DNA from: Candidatus Eiseniibacteriota bacterium
GTDB taxonomy: Bacteria; Eisenbacteria; RBG-16-71-46
Length of the DNA stretch: 59,086 bases
NCBI GenBank assembly: GCA_031370785.1
Contig: JANMQY010000004.1
Span: forward strand, 1-59,086
Direction of reading: 5' to 3'
Part shown: positions 32,801 through 41,083 of the stretch, one piece after another
Layout of the letters: the number at the start of each line of letters is the position of its first letter
How positions within the stretch are numbered: position 1 is the first letter of the stretch
Program-made: the position numbers and the translations under genes
Notes under the pieces: model-generated
Seen by the model: only the letters and a program-made list of their open reading frames with translations
Databases searched by the model: none
Told to the model about the DNA's origin: nothing

Positions 32801-33391
32801 GCGGTTCCACTCGGGCGCAATGCGCGCCGGCTTCCGCGCGGCGGCGACCCGAGCATTGGCTACCTGGTGACCGACGCGATGCGTGCCAGCGTCGGCGCCG
32901 ACATCGCGCTGCAGAATTCAGGCGGCCTGCGCGCCGATCTGCCCGAGGGCGTGATCACGCGCGGCACCGTGTACGAGGTGCTGCCGTTTCAGAATACGGT
33001 CGTGACCGTCGAGCTGAGCGGAGCCGAAGTGAAGCAGTGTTTCGAGGACGGGCTCGCCGGCAACCGCGTGCCCCAGGTGAGCGGCGTCAAGTTCAGCTAC
33101 GACCTGGACCGGCCGGTCGGGCAGCGCCTGGTCTCGATCACGCTCGCCGACGGCACGCCGCTCGACGACCGCGGGATCTACAAGGTCGCCGCCAACAATT
33201 TCATGGCCACGGGCGGAGACGGCTACACGACGCTGGCGAAGGGGCGCAACCTCACGGACACCGGCGTGCCGCTGCGCGAGCTGCTGGAGCAGTTCATCAT
33301 CAAGAAGTGCGCGAATGGCGGTGCGATCGAATACCAGCCGGAACACCGCGCGACGAAGGTCGGAGCCGTCGCTCCGCCCCCGCCCAAGTAG
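29804..33391 (+). CDS. Large exported bifunctional 2',3'-cyclic phosphodiesterase / 5'-nucleotidase (YfkN-like, two catalytic modules)
   Basis: Two calcineurin-like sets (TTDLHG/DAGD/GNHE/GHTH and TTDFHG/DGGD/GNHD/GHSH), each with a 5'-nucleotidase C-domain. Signal peptide. Promoter TTGCCG-N17-TAGCGT at 29766-29794. Confidence 0.92.
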   Translation: MRTLPKLIALAFASALLAPIAHAEEVRVTLLHTTDLHGALTAYDYLSDRPDGRGLTRIATLVKRVRGEGVPTLLMDAGDCIQGGGIEAMYQHSDRSRTDPMIAAMNAIGYDCMTVGNHEFNFGMNVLRKAEGVARFPFLGANILRDDNRLAAFNTSFVKVVNGVRVGVVGITTPAIPFWEDSANYAGLNFGSPVYIAQLEVGRLRQREKCDVVVILAHTGLERDPVTGIEKTGDDASAENWGYRLAHDVPGVDIVILGHTHVVVPSAEVYGVLVTQAGKWGENLGRIDLTLSRAAAGDPWKLDRRRAQIIAVTDTTPDDPEIARLAAPWHEETQRWLSRVVGTASGELASPRGRFAPSAIWELIHRAQLDASGADVSLASLFNPEARIAPGPVTMRDVLKVYPYDNTLGTVSLTGAELRETLEESARYFRTYDYAADRPLTSGARAGFNFDAAYGVSYDVDLTRPPGERIRNLMFQNQPLASDRTLKVAVNNYRLNGGGGFEAIRRAPRVWHSDREVQDLLAEWIGRSGPLDGSFTRNWSVIPDYAATLERPLIDRLVREGVAPKEELLRMESDEPAKRGDVAYWLARAFGWRERKLSGAFADVPDSLEPWLDGLMKRRVLGAAASSDRMEPFKNADPWTAISWCEASARAAGLVLAPGTDPSFRRSVLTGTGVSRASLAAGGGETLTHAQLLGLVSNTRFPTVRVLETTDFHGAILPGARERRSRRPVGGSPVLAAYVKQLRAENPEGTILLDGGDWFQGTMISNLQFGRPVVEQMNMLEYTAAAIGNHDFDWSADTLARRAAEMHFTTLGANCIVRKTGRRPHYARADTVVMRRGVRIGILGLCYRNTPTVTLAANVAHLRFEDDSAAAARLVPDLRKRRGATLVLGVGHVPAETDSTMRALSGDLPRLARGVKGVDAWFGGHSHNFVLDEIGGVPLMISGSHSEVIGLCDLTMDPLKGRVIERRSRFVNTFADEIVPDSAMSAAVERWNSAIAPLAAVPLGRNARRLPRGGDPSIGYLVTDAMRASVGADIALQNSGGLRADLPEGVITRGTVYEVLPFQNTVVTVELSGAEVKQCFEDGLAGNRVPQVSGVKFSYDLDRPVGQRLVSITLADGTPLDDRGIYKVAANNFMATGGDGYTTLAKGRNLTDTGVPLRELLEQFIIKKCANGGAIEYQPEHRATKVGAVAPPPPK

Positions 33392-33403
33392 TTCCTTGCG
33401 GGC

Positions 33404-34624
33404 TCAGCGCGCGCTCGGCGCTCCGGTGTCGCGGGTCGCGCCCTGCAGCTCGATGCCGGCCCGTTCGAAGTAGGCTTCGACGCCTCCCGCGAGCTGCTGG
33501 CCCATCTTCCGCTGGAAGTCGGGACTCCTGAGCAGCCGCACTTCGATCGGGTTGTTGATGAACGCGGTCTCGACCAGCACCGATGGGAACTCCACCGACT
33601 TGAGCACGGCGAAGCCCGCCTGCTTGACCCCACGCGATTCGAGCCGGCGATCCGCCGCGATATTGTCGAGCAGCGCCTCCGCCAGCAGCTGGCTCTTCTC
33701 GAGCGCGGAAGAGCGCTTCACGTCATAGAGGATGTTGACCAGCGCATCCTCGGACCGCGACGGCACACCGCCCACCATGTCCGCGGCGTTTTCCATATCG
33801 GCGAGGTCGGCGTCGGCCTGATCGCTGGCCCCGTGCAGCGACAGGAAGTACACCTCGGTGCCGCTGCCATGACCGCGCCTTCGCGACGAATTGCAGTGCA
33901 CGCTGATGAACAGGTCGGCCTTCATGCGCTCGGCGAGCCGGTAGCGCTCGCGCAGCGGGATGAAGTAGTCGTTGCTCCGGGTCAGCTGGCCCTGAATGCC
34001 CGGAATCCTGTTGAGCGCGTCCACCAGTTGCCTCGCGACCGCGAGCGTGACGTTCTTCTCGAGCACGCCGCCAGGGCCGCGCGCCCCCGTGTCTTCGCCG
34101 CCGTGTCCGGCGTCCACCGCGATCACGCGCAGCTTTCGAATCCTCTTGCCGGTCGCGATCGCGGCGAGCTTGCGCTCGATCGCGACCTCGGCGCCCGGCC
34201 GCGACACGTCCACCACCAGGCGGAATGGCTTGTCGGCTTCGGGCGCCAGCGTGAACGCCCGGAAGTTGGTGGTGTCGGCGAACCAGAGCTGCACGCGCGC
34301 ACCTCCGTCGGTCAGCATCACGCGCACCGAATCCACAACGCTGTCGCGCACCCGCAGCATCGACGGCACGCCCTCGCCGATGGTCAGGCCGCGCTCGGGC
34401 ACGCTGAGCACCAGCTCGCTGGTGAAGCCCGAGTCGGGCAGCACCGGGGTGACCGGGAACGTGAAGTCGAGCACGATGCGGGTGTTGGTCGGCGCCGACC
34501 ACGAGCGCACGCCCGAGATCTGGGGCGCGCCGGGGGCATCGGTGCGTGCCGTGGGCGGCACGGCCACGGGCGCAACCAGTGCGATGAGGGCGAGGGTGGT
34601 GAACAGGCGCAGGCTGATGTGCAT
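33404..34624 (-). CDS. N-acetylmuramoyl-L-alanine amidase (AMIN + Amidase_3, AmiC-like)
   Basis: TRIVLD and RLVVDV (AMIN), VDAGHGGED.GA, EKNVTL, FISVHCN, LVETAFINN. Confidence 0.93.
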   Translation of the reverse strand: MHISLRLFTTLALIALVAPVAVPPTARTDAPGAPQISGVRSWSAPTNTRIVLDFTFPVTPVLPDSGFTSELVLSVPERGLTIGEGVPSMLRVRDSVVDSVRVMLTDGGARVQLWFADTTNFRAFTLAPEADKPFRLVVDVSRPGAEVAIERKLAAIATGKRIRKLRVIAVDAGHGGEDTGARGPGGVLEKNVTLAVARQLVDALNRIPGIQGQLTRSNDYFIPLRERYRLAERMKADLFISVHCNSSRRRGHGSGTEVYFLSLHGASDQADADLADMENAADMVGGVPSRSEDALVNILYDVKRSSALEKSQLLAEALLDNIAADRRLESRGVKQAGFAVLKSVEFPSVLVETAFINNPIEVRLLRSPDFQRKMGQQLAGGVEAYFERAGIELQGATRDTGAPSAR

Positions 34625-34677
34625 GAGTAGCGGCCCCTCCCTGGGTGCCGGCGGCGCAAGTCCCTTAGGTGCCTGAA

Positions 34678-34722
34678 CCGAGAAGACCGGGGATGGCGAG
34701 AGCGCCGTCCCCGGTCACTCGG
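34678..34722. terminator. Long hairpin between degP and the amidase gene
   Basis: GACCGGGGATGGCG-AGAG-CGCCGTCCCCGGTC 14-bp stem directly after the degP stop. Confidence 0.55.
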
Positions 34723-34730
34723 GTTATCGG

Positions 34731-36251
34731 CTACTTCTGGTCGAGGGTGAGCGGTACGAACGCCGTGTTCTGGCCGGAGTGCACCAGCAGCACCGCGTGC
34801 TTCTTCGCCGCCTTGATCTCCTTCAGCTGCTGGGTGAACACCGCCGCAGAGGACACAGGTTTCCTGTTGACCTCTTCGATGATGTCGCCCTGCTGAATGC
34901 CCGCCTCCTCGGCCGCGCTGCCCTCATCGACGGAGGTGACGAGTACGCCGGACTGGACCTTGGCGCCAGCCTTTTCTTCAGCGGTCAGCGCGCGCACCTT
35001 GAGGCCAGCGAATCCGGCGCTCGCCGGCTCGGCGTCGCTCTGCGGCTGCGGCGTGCGACCCGCCTGCGCGGCGATCTGCTCCTCGCGATCGGCGAGCGTG
35101 ACGTACGCGGTCTCGCGGCGGCCGTCGCGCAGCACGGTCACCGGCACCCGCTTGCCCGAGGGCGTGTCGGCGACGCGCAGGCGGAACTTCTGCATGTCGC
35201 TCACCGGCTGCCCGTCGAATTCGACCACCACGTCGTTGCGCCTGAGACCGGCCTTCGAAGCGGGCGTGCCATCGAGCACGCTCTGGATCACCACGCCCTG
35301 CGTGGTGTTCGTCAGGCCGAAGCCCTCCGCGATCTCGGGCGTGAGATCGGCGAGCTGCACGCCAAGCCACGCGCGCTTCACCTGGCCGTGCGCCACCAGT
35401 TGCTCGGCGACGTGCTTCACCAGGTTGATCGGAATCGCAAAGCCGATTCCCTGACCGCTCGGATTGATCGCGGTGTTGATACCGATCGCCTCGCCACGGA
35501 TGTTGCACAGCGGGCCACCCGAGTTGCCGAAGTTGATCGAGGCGTCGGTCTGGATGAAGTCCTGGAAGTCGGGAGTGCCGCCGAAGATGTTCAGGTTCGA
35601 GCGGCCCTGCGCGCTGATGATCCCGACCGTGACCGAGCCGCGCAGCACACCCAGCGGATTGCCGATCGCGATCGCCCAGTCGCCGACGCGGATCCGATCC
35701 GAGTCGCCGAGCGGCAGCGAGGGCAGGTTCGAACCCTCGATCTTGATGACCGCGACATCGGTGCCGGCGTCACTGCCCACGACCTTCGCCTTGAAGGTGC
35801 GCTTGTCGCTGAGCGTCACGGTGATGTCCGAGGCGTCACGCACCACGTGGTTGTTGGTGAGGATGTGGCCCTCGCCGTCGATGATGAACCCCGAGCCCGA
35901 GCTGGGGCGGGTCTGCGGCCGGCGGGCCTGCGGGTCGCCGCCGAAGAAGCGGCGCATGATCTCGTCCTGCGGATCGGTGGAGTCGTCGCCGCTCATTTTC
36001 TTACGCACATCGATGAAGACCACTGCGGGCAGCGCCTTCTCGACCACGCTCGAGAACGGACTCTCGGGCAGCGCGCTGCTGTTGACCGACGGAGCGAAAA
36101 CGCTGGCCGCGGTCCTCTGGGCATTCGAGGCGCCCTGGAAGTTGAAACCCGCGCTCAGCCCGAGCCCGATCGTGAGACCGGCCACCACCAGCGCGGCGGC
36201 ACCGAGGTAGTAGGTGCGGGGCCGGGTTTTCGATGGAATGTTCGAATTCAT
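34731..36251 (-). CDS. degP: DegP/DegQ (HtrA, Do) serine endoprotease with two PDZ domains
   Basis: GSGFII, LTNNHVV, TDVAVIK, IQTDASINFGNSGGPL and two PDZ domains. GGAGG RBS. Confidence 0.93.
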   Translation of the reverse strand: MNSNIPSKTRPRTYYLGAAALVVAGLTIGLGLSAGFNFQGASNAQRTAASVFAPSVNSSALPESPFSSVVEKALPAVVFIDVRKKMSGDDSTDPQDEIMRRFFGGDPQARRPQTRPSSGSGFIIDGEGHILTNNHVVRDASDITVTLSDKRTFKAKVVGSDAGTDVAVIKIEGSNLPSLPLGDSDRIRVGDWAIAIGNPLGVLRGSVTVGIISAQGRSNLNIFGGTPDFQDFIQTDASINFGNSGGPLCNIRGEAIGINTAINPSGQGIGFAIPINLVKHVAEQLVAHGQVKRAWLGVQLADLTPEIAEGFGLTNTTQGVVIQSVLDGTPASKAGLRRNDVVVEFDGQPVSDMQKFRLRVADTPSGKRVPVTVLRDGRRETAYVTLADREEQIAAQAGRTPQPQSDAEPASAGFAGLKVRALTAEEKAGAKVQSGVLVTSVDEGSAAEEAGIQQGDIIEEVNRKPVSSAAVFTQQLKEIKAAKKHAVLLVHSGQNTAFVPLTLDQK

Positions 36252-36400
36252 GCGTCTCCTCCGTGATTGCACCGTGACGCGGCGCCTCCGGACTGGGTTG
36301 GTCCGGCGCCGGGTCGATCGGCGCGAAATCAGAACATCAATGGTGCTCGGCCGAAGCGGCCGGGCTGTCACAGCGCCGTCAAGTGTCGCGTCCGAATATG

Positions 36401-36427
36401 GACGCATGATCGAGTCGTTGGGTTACG
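36401..36427 (-). promoter_or_regulatory. ECF-sigma-type promoter upstream of degP
   Basis: Minus strand reads CGTAAC-N17-CGTC. Confidence 0.5.
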
Positions 36428-36559
36428 GCCGGAGCGCGATCATACCCGGTGCGCGCGACCCGGGTTCCCCCGCCGGGGCGGCAGCCGAACGAGCGCGGCA
36501 CCGGAGCTTCCGGGCGCCCCGGTTGTGACGTTTTCGACAAGGATTGCTAGACTGCGCCC

Positions 36560-37294
36560 ATGTCCTCCCAGGCCGTGTATTTCCTCTCCGACGCACATCT
36601 TGGCGCGGAGCCCAAGGCGTTGGAAGCGGCCCGGCAGAAGCGCCTGCATACCTTTCTCGAATCGCTCGAAGGCCGGGCCTCGACAGTCTACATCGTCGGC
36701 GACCTGTTCGATTTCTGGTTCGAGTACCGCACCGCCATTCCGCGAGCGCTGTTCGAGACGCTCGCGACCCTCAGGCGTCTGCGCGAAAGCGGTGTCGAGC
36801 TGGTGTACGTGAATGGAAACCACGATTTCTGGCTCGGCCCGTTCCTGTCCGAGGAAATCGGCGCCCGCACTCACCATGGCGCGCTGGCGGTCGAGCACCA
36901 GGGCCGGCGTGTGTGGATGCATCACGGAGATGGGCTCGTGGGCGGCGACCTCGGCTACCGCCTGCTCCGGCGCGTGATCCGCCACCCCGCCAGCATCGCG
37001 CTCTATCGCTGGCTGCACCCCGACCTCGGCATCCCGCTCGCGCATCGGGTTTCGCTCCTGTCGCGCGACGCCAGGGGCGAGCGCACGCTCGAGCCGCAGC
37101 GCCTGTGGGACGAGATCGCGCTCCCTCGTTTCGCGGAAGGGTTCGACGCGGTCGTGGTCGGGCATTTCCATCATGTCTACGAACGGCGCGAGAACGAGCG
37201 CGCCTTCTTCGTGCTCGGCGACTGGATGACGCGCTTCACCTACCTCAAACTCGAGAACGGAACGTTCACGCTCGACGCCTGGCCCGGGCCCTGA
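36560..37294 (+). CDS. lpxH: UDP-2,3-diacylglucosamine diphosphatase (LpxH-like)
   Basis: FLSDAHLG, VGDLFDFWFEY, GNHDFW, HHGDG, GHFH, LGDW. Confidence 0.87.
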   Translation: MSSQAVYFLSDAHLGAEPKALEAARQKRLHTFLESLEGRASTVYIVGDLFDFWFEYRTAIPRALFETLATLRRLRESGVELVYVNGNHDFWLGPFLSEEIGARTHHGALAVEHQGRRVWMHHGDGLVGGDLGYRLLRRVIRHPASIALYRWLHPDLGIPLAHRVSLLSRDARGERTLEPQRLWDEIALPRFAEGFDAVVVGHFHHVYERRENERAFFVLGDWMTRFTYLKLENGTFTLDAWPGP

Positions 37295-37374
37295 GGGGTC
37301 CGAGCGCACCAGCGGCTCCCGGTGTGGCCCGCGGTCCCGGCGGCGCCGGATGCCAGATGCGGCGCGAGCTCGAG

Positions 37375-38292
37375 CTAGAATTGGGCGGCGAGCGAGAACC
37401 GGTGGGTATCTCCGAGATCGCTCTTGAACGGGACGAAGGCGTAGTCGAGGTGCAGGCTCTGCACCGCCCAGCCCACGCCGAAGCTCAATGCCGACTCGGT
37501 GTCGCCCGCGGTCATTCCGGCGCGCACCGCAGCGCCCGAGGGATGCGCCAGCTCCGCTCCGAGCATCGCGACCGGCGCCTGACCCGTGCTGAAGCGCGAC
37601 TCGAGCGCACCACGCAGATCGAAGCCTCCGCCAACTCCGAATCCATACGATCCGCCGGCCTGAATGGCCGAGGGCAGACGAACCGGCGTTCCCTGCGCGC
37701 CGTCGATCGTGTAGTGCGCGGCCGGGCCGAGGTTGTGCGCGCTGAGGCTCAGGCGCAGCCCCGGTAGCATCGCGGGATCCCACGCGGTGCCGAGGCCGAA
37801 CGCCATGGTCGTGGCGGCCTGATCGGCGATGCGCTCGCGCACCAGTTGCGTGGTGGCGCCGAGCGTCACTCCGGGCGAGAGCTTGCGACCGTATCCGAGC
37901 GAGATCTCCAGATCGTGCGAGCCAAACGTGCCGATCAGATTTCCGAGCGCATCGCGCTCCTCGATCGGTTCCGAGTAGAGGGCGCGCAGCGAAGCGGCGA
38001 TGCCGCCTCCGAACAGACGTCCGCCGATCGCGAACTGGTCGTGACGGATTTTCTCGAGGTATTCGTAATGCGAACCGGAGATCTGGATGCCCTTGACCCG
38101 CTCGAGCGCCGCCGGATTCCAGAACACCGCCTCGACGCCATCGGCGAGCGAAGCGTAGGCCCCGCCCAGCGCCGAAGCACGGGCGCCGGCCGGCACCTTG
38201 AGAAAGGCGAACCCGGCGGGGTCGGCCGATGCGGCGGTGGCGAAGGCCGCGCACAGAAAGAGAGCGGCGGCGGCGCGAAGCGCGAGACGCAT
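37375..38292 (-). CDS. PorV/PorQ-family outer-membrane beta-barrel
   Basis: Signal peptide, FLKVPAGARASALGGAY, VFWNPAAL, LDYAFVP...LGDTHRFSL and C-terminal Phe. Confidence 0.85.
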   Translation of the reverse strand: MRLALRAAAALFLCAAFATAASADPAGFAFLKVPAGARASALGGAYASLADGVEAVFWNPAALERVKGIQISGSHYEYLEKIRHDQFAIGGRLFGGGIAASLRALYSEPIEERDALGNLIGTFGSHDLEISLGYGRKLSPGVTLGATTQLVRERIADQAATTMAFGLGTAWDPAMLPGLRLSLSAHNLGPAAHYTIDGAQGTPVRLPSAIQAGGSYGFGVGGGFDLRGALESRFSTGQAPVAMLGAELAHPSGAAVRAGMTAGDTESALSFGVGWAVQSLHLDYAFVPFKSDLGDTHRFSLAAQF

Positions 38293-38399
38293 GAAAGGCT
38301 CCGTGGGTCCTTAGAATGCGGAGGGGCCGGAAGTCCCGGCCCCGTCCGAACGGCGCGCACTGCGCGCGAATTGTAACCCAGTACTACCCGCGACGCCTG

Positions 38400-39911
38400 C
38401 TAGGGTTCGCCCCGACTGCGGCCATGCCCCCCGCCGCGCTGCGCATCGGGACGCGCGGAGGAATCGTGACGCTCGCGCTGCTGCGGCGGGTCGTTGCGCT
38501 GCGGTCGCTCTTCGCGGGGCGCGCGCTCCTGCCGCGGCTGGCGCTCCTCACGGGGTGGGCTCGCGGGTGCCGGGCGCTCTTCCCGGGGTCGCTCGACCCG
38601 TGGACTCTCCTCGCGCGGCGGATTCGCCGGTGCCGGGCGTTCGCGTCGCTCGATGCGCGGTGACTCTTCGCGCGGCGGGGCCTCGGGTGCAGGGCGCTCG
38701 TAGCGCCGCTCGATGCGCGGTGCATCTCCACCGCTGCCTTCCTCGCGCGGGCGCTCCGCCGGCATGGGACGCGCCACGGGCCGACGCTCATCGCCAACGC
38801 GGCGTGGGCGATCCCCGTCCGGCGGCGCCTGACGCACCGGCTCGCGGAACACGCCCGGTCGCTGCGCACCGACTCTGCCCGGCGCCGGATCGCGCGGGGT
38901 TTCGCGAGTGCCGCGGCCGACCGCGATTCCGCCCGGAATGTTCCGCCACTTCGTATTGTTGGTGACGAGGAATCCCGGCGGCGGCGATGCGGTGCCTCCG
39001 CGCCAGTTCGCGTACTTGCTCGGAGGGACGTAGCTGCGAGGCGGAGGCGTCCGGTATCGGGTGAGCGGGCCGCCCCAGATCTGGCACCAGCGATTCCAGC
39101 CATCCCACGACGAGAGCCACGGTCCGTCGTAGCGCCAGCGCGGCGGGCAGTCGTTGCGCACCACGTAAACGTAGTAGGGCACAAAGCCGTTCCAGCAGGT
39201 CGGCCCCCAGCCCCACGACCAGTTCACCCGGAAGTCCACCACGCTGCAGTGCGTGTAGTAGGGATCGAATCCATCCCACCACGCCCAGCGGTTCGGACGG
39301 TGGCAGTCGTAGCAGATGTAGCGCGGATAGCGCACCTTCTCGTGCACGTAGTACGCGGTGTAGGCGGTGGCGAATTCATCGGCCGAGCCCGGATCGCGTA
39401 GCACGTCTCGGCGAATGCGCTCCATCGCGACGAACGGGTCGCCGACGATGCGCCCGTCTTCGGTCACGCCGTCCTGATCATCGGGCTGGTTCACGTAGCC
39501 GACTTCGTCGGCCTGCGCGTTGTACGGGCGAAGGTACCAGGGCAGGTGGTCGAACGGCTGGTGCGAGGCGATCGCCACGACGTAGCCCTCGCCGGTGGAC
39601 TTCTGCACCACCAGCTCGAGGTCCGCATCGTCGGCGGGAATGTGATAGGTGCGCCGGGCCTCGACGAGACCGTTGCTCCCTTCGTACGGGAACAGGACCC
39701 GGACGTAGCCTTCCGCGTCGATTTCGTAGGCAAGCAGGTAGGAGTCTTCAGTGGTGCGGACGCGCAGCTGCATGACGTCGCCCGGCTCGTAGATCGCTTC
39801 ATTGCCGCGGTCGGTCCACAACTCGACCCCGAAGCCGCGAGCGGAGGCGGTCGTGGGCACGATCGCCAACGCTCCCATCAGCAGGCCGATCATCCACGTT
39901 GCTCGCTTCAT
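38400..39911 (-). CDS. DUF4384-domain exported protein with Trp/Tyr/Cys-rich middle and Pro/Arg/Glu repeat tail
   Basis: VELWTDRG...YEPGD...DSYL..Y.IDAEG.V.VLFP, then repeated ERPAP..PPREESPR. GGAG RBS. Confidence 0.82.
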   Translation of the reverse strand: MKRATWMIGLLMGALAIVPTTASARGFGVELWTDRGNEAIYEPGDVMQLRVRTTEDSYLLAYEIDAEGYVRVLFPYEGSNGLVEARRTYHIPADDADLELVVQKSTGEGYVVAIASHQPFDHLPWYLRPYNAQADEVGYVNQPDDQDGVTEDGRIVGDPFVAMERIRRDVLRDPGSADEFATAYTAYYVHEKVRYPRYICYDCHRPNRWAWWDGFDPYYTHCSVVDFRVNWSWGWGPTCWNGFVPYYVYVVRNDCPPRWRYDGPWLSSWDGWNRWCQIWGGPLTRYRTPPPRSYVPPSKYANWRGGTASPPPGFLVTNNTKWRNIPGGIAVGRGTRETPRDPAPGRVGAQRPGVFREPVRQAPPDGDRPRRVGDERRPVARPMPAERPREEGSGGDAPRIERRYERPAPEAPPREESPRIERRERPAPANPPREESPRVERPREERPAPASPPREERQPRQERAPREERPQRNDPPQQRERHDSSARPDAQRGGGHGRSRGEP

Positions 39912-40033
39912 GGCCAGTTCTCCTCCCGGCGACCGCCGGAGCTACTGACGCACACCCCTGGGAGCGCCCCCATGGTACACCCGGAGCGCACCTTTCGGGT
40001 TGACTACGCCCCATTTCGCGCTCTATTCCCCGA

Positions 40034-40059
40034 GACGGTTCAGGCGCGGTTCGGTTTCA
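40034..40059 (-). promoter_or_regulatory. ECF-sigma-type promoter upstream of the DUF4384 gene
   Basis: Minus strand reads TGAAAC-N16-CGTC. Confidence 0.6.
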
Positions 40060-40080
40060 GGCTCAATGCACGACCACGGT

Positions 40081-40908
40081 TCAGCGACTGGCCAGCGCGA
40101 TCGCCCGGCGCGCCCGGGGCGCGCCCTCGTCGCGCACCTTCTTCTGGCGCAGCTCAGGGTTGGCGGGGTCGGCCTGATAGGCCCAGTCGAAGGTCACCTG
40201 GGTCGTGCTCAGGGCCGTGGCCCGGAACTTTGCGTAGTGGTTGTCGAAGGTCCAGACGACGTAGCAGTGCCCGGGGACCAACTCCACCATGCCGCTCGGC
40301 GACCAGCCGGCGCTCGGGGCGACGTCCACTGCGTCCAGCGAGGTGGCATACCCGGCGTCCTGGATATCGGTGTCGGTGAAGGGGCAGATCATCGACGGGA
40401 TGCCGCTCGAAGTGGAGAAGTACACGTCGGTGGCCGGATCGTCAGCCGCCCGGACGGAGTAGGCCGAGAAGTCGTAGCCGGCGGTGGCGGGATCCGTCGC
40501 AGCATTGCTCAGCACGCGCCCGAATCCCTCGGGGCGCGGAGTGTCGTAGATATAGATGTCGTCGTAGCCCAGGGCGCTTTCGTTTCCCGCGCGGTCGACC
40601 GCGGCCACCGCGAAATACCGGGTCACGCCGTTGGCGAGCCCGGTCACGACGAACGCCGTCCCCGAGGTGAAGCCGATCGGATCGTACGGGCAGCTCGAGC
40701 CGCCAGCGCACGCCGACTCGTAGATCCGGTAGCCGGCCAGATCGCCTTCGGTGTTCGCAAGCCAGCGCAGGGTGACGCGATTGTCGCCGGTCACGCTGTA
40801 GAACCCGCGCACCGCGGCCGGAGGATGCAGATCGCGCGGAGAGGTCTGGTCGTCGCAACCCGCAACCAGACCGAGAACCGCGAGCAGGATGAGCCAGAGC
40901 CTCAACAT
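40081..40908 (-). CDS. Lipoprotein with fibronectin type III-like domain
   Basis: Lipobox LVAG-C, then VTLRW..NTEGDLAGYRIY...GLANGVTRYFAVAAVDRAGNES. GGAGG RBS. Confidence 0.85.
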   Translation of the reverse strand: MLRLWLILLAVLGLVAGCDDQTSPRDLHPPAAVRGFYSVTGDNRVTLRWLANTEGDLAGYRIYESACAGGSSCPYDPIGFTSGTAFVVTGLANGVTRYFAVAAVDRAGNESALGYDDIYIYDTPRPEGFGRVLSNAATDPATAGYDFSAYSVRAADDPATDVYFSTSSGIPSMICPFTDTDIQDAGYATSLDAVDVAPSAGWSPSGMVELVPGHCYVVWTFDNHYAKFRATALSTTQVTFDWAYQADPANPELRQKKVRDEGAPRARRAIALASR

Positions 40909-40960
40909 GGGTTCCTCCGTTGCCTGGTGGATTGCGAAGCGCTTGCCACCCACCTCAGAG

Positions 40961-40976
40961 GGCAACCCATGTGCCA
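40961..40976 (-). promoter_or_regulatory. Sigma-54 promoter of the lipoprotein gene
   Basis: Minus strand reads TGGCACATGGGTTGCC, about 50 bp upstream of the ATG. Confidence 0.8.
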
Positions 40977-41043
40977 TTCACGGATCGAGCCGGGCGGAGA
41001 GGCAATGCGCGCCCACAACCTGCGCGATTGCAAGCGTCGGCGC

Positions 41044-41083
41044 AAGAAGAAGCCGCCCCCGGTGCTAGGAACCGAAGGCGGCT
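41044..41083 (-). terminator. Intrinsic terminator closing the structured RNA region
   Basis: Minus strand reads AGCCGCCUUCGGU-loop-ACCGGGGGCGGCU-UCUUCUU. The U-G pairs form only on the minus strand. Confidence 0.7.
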
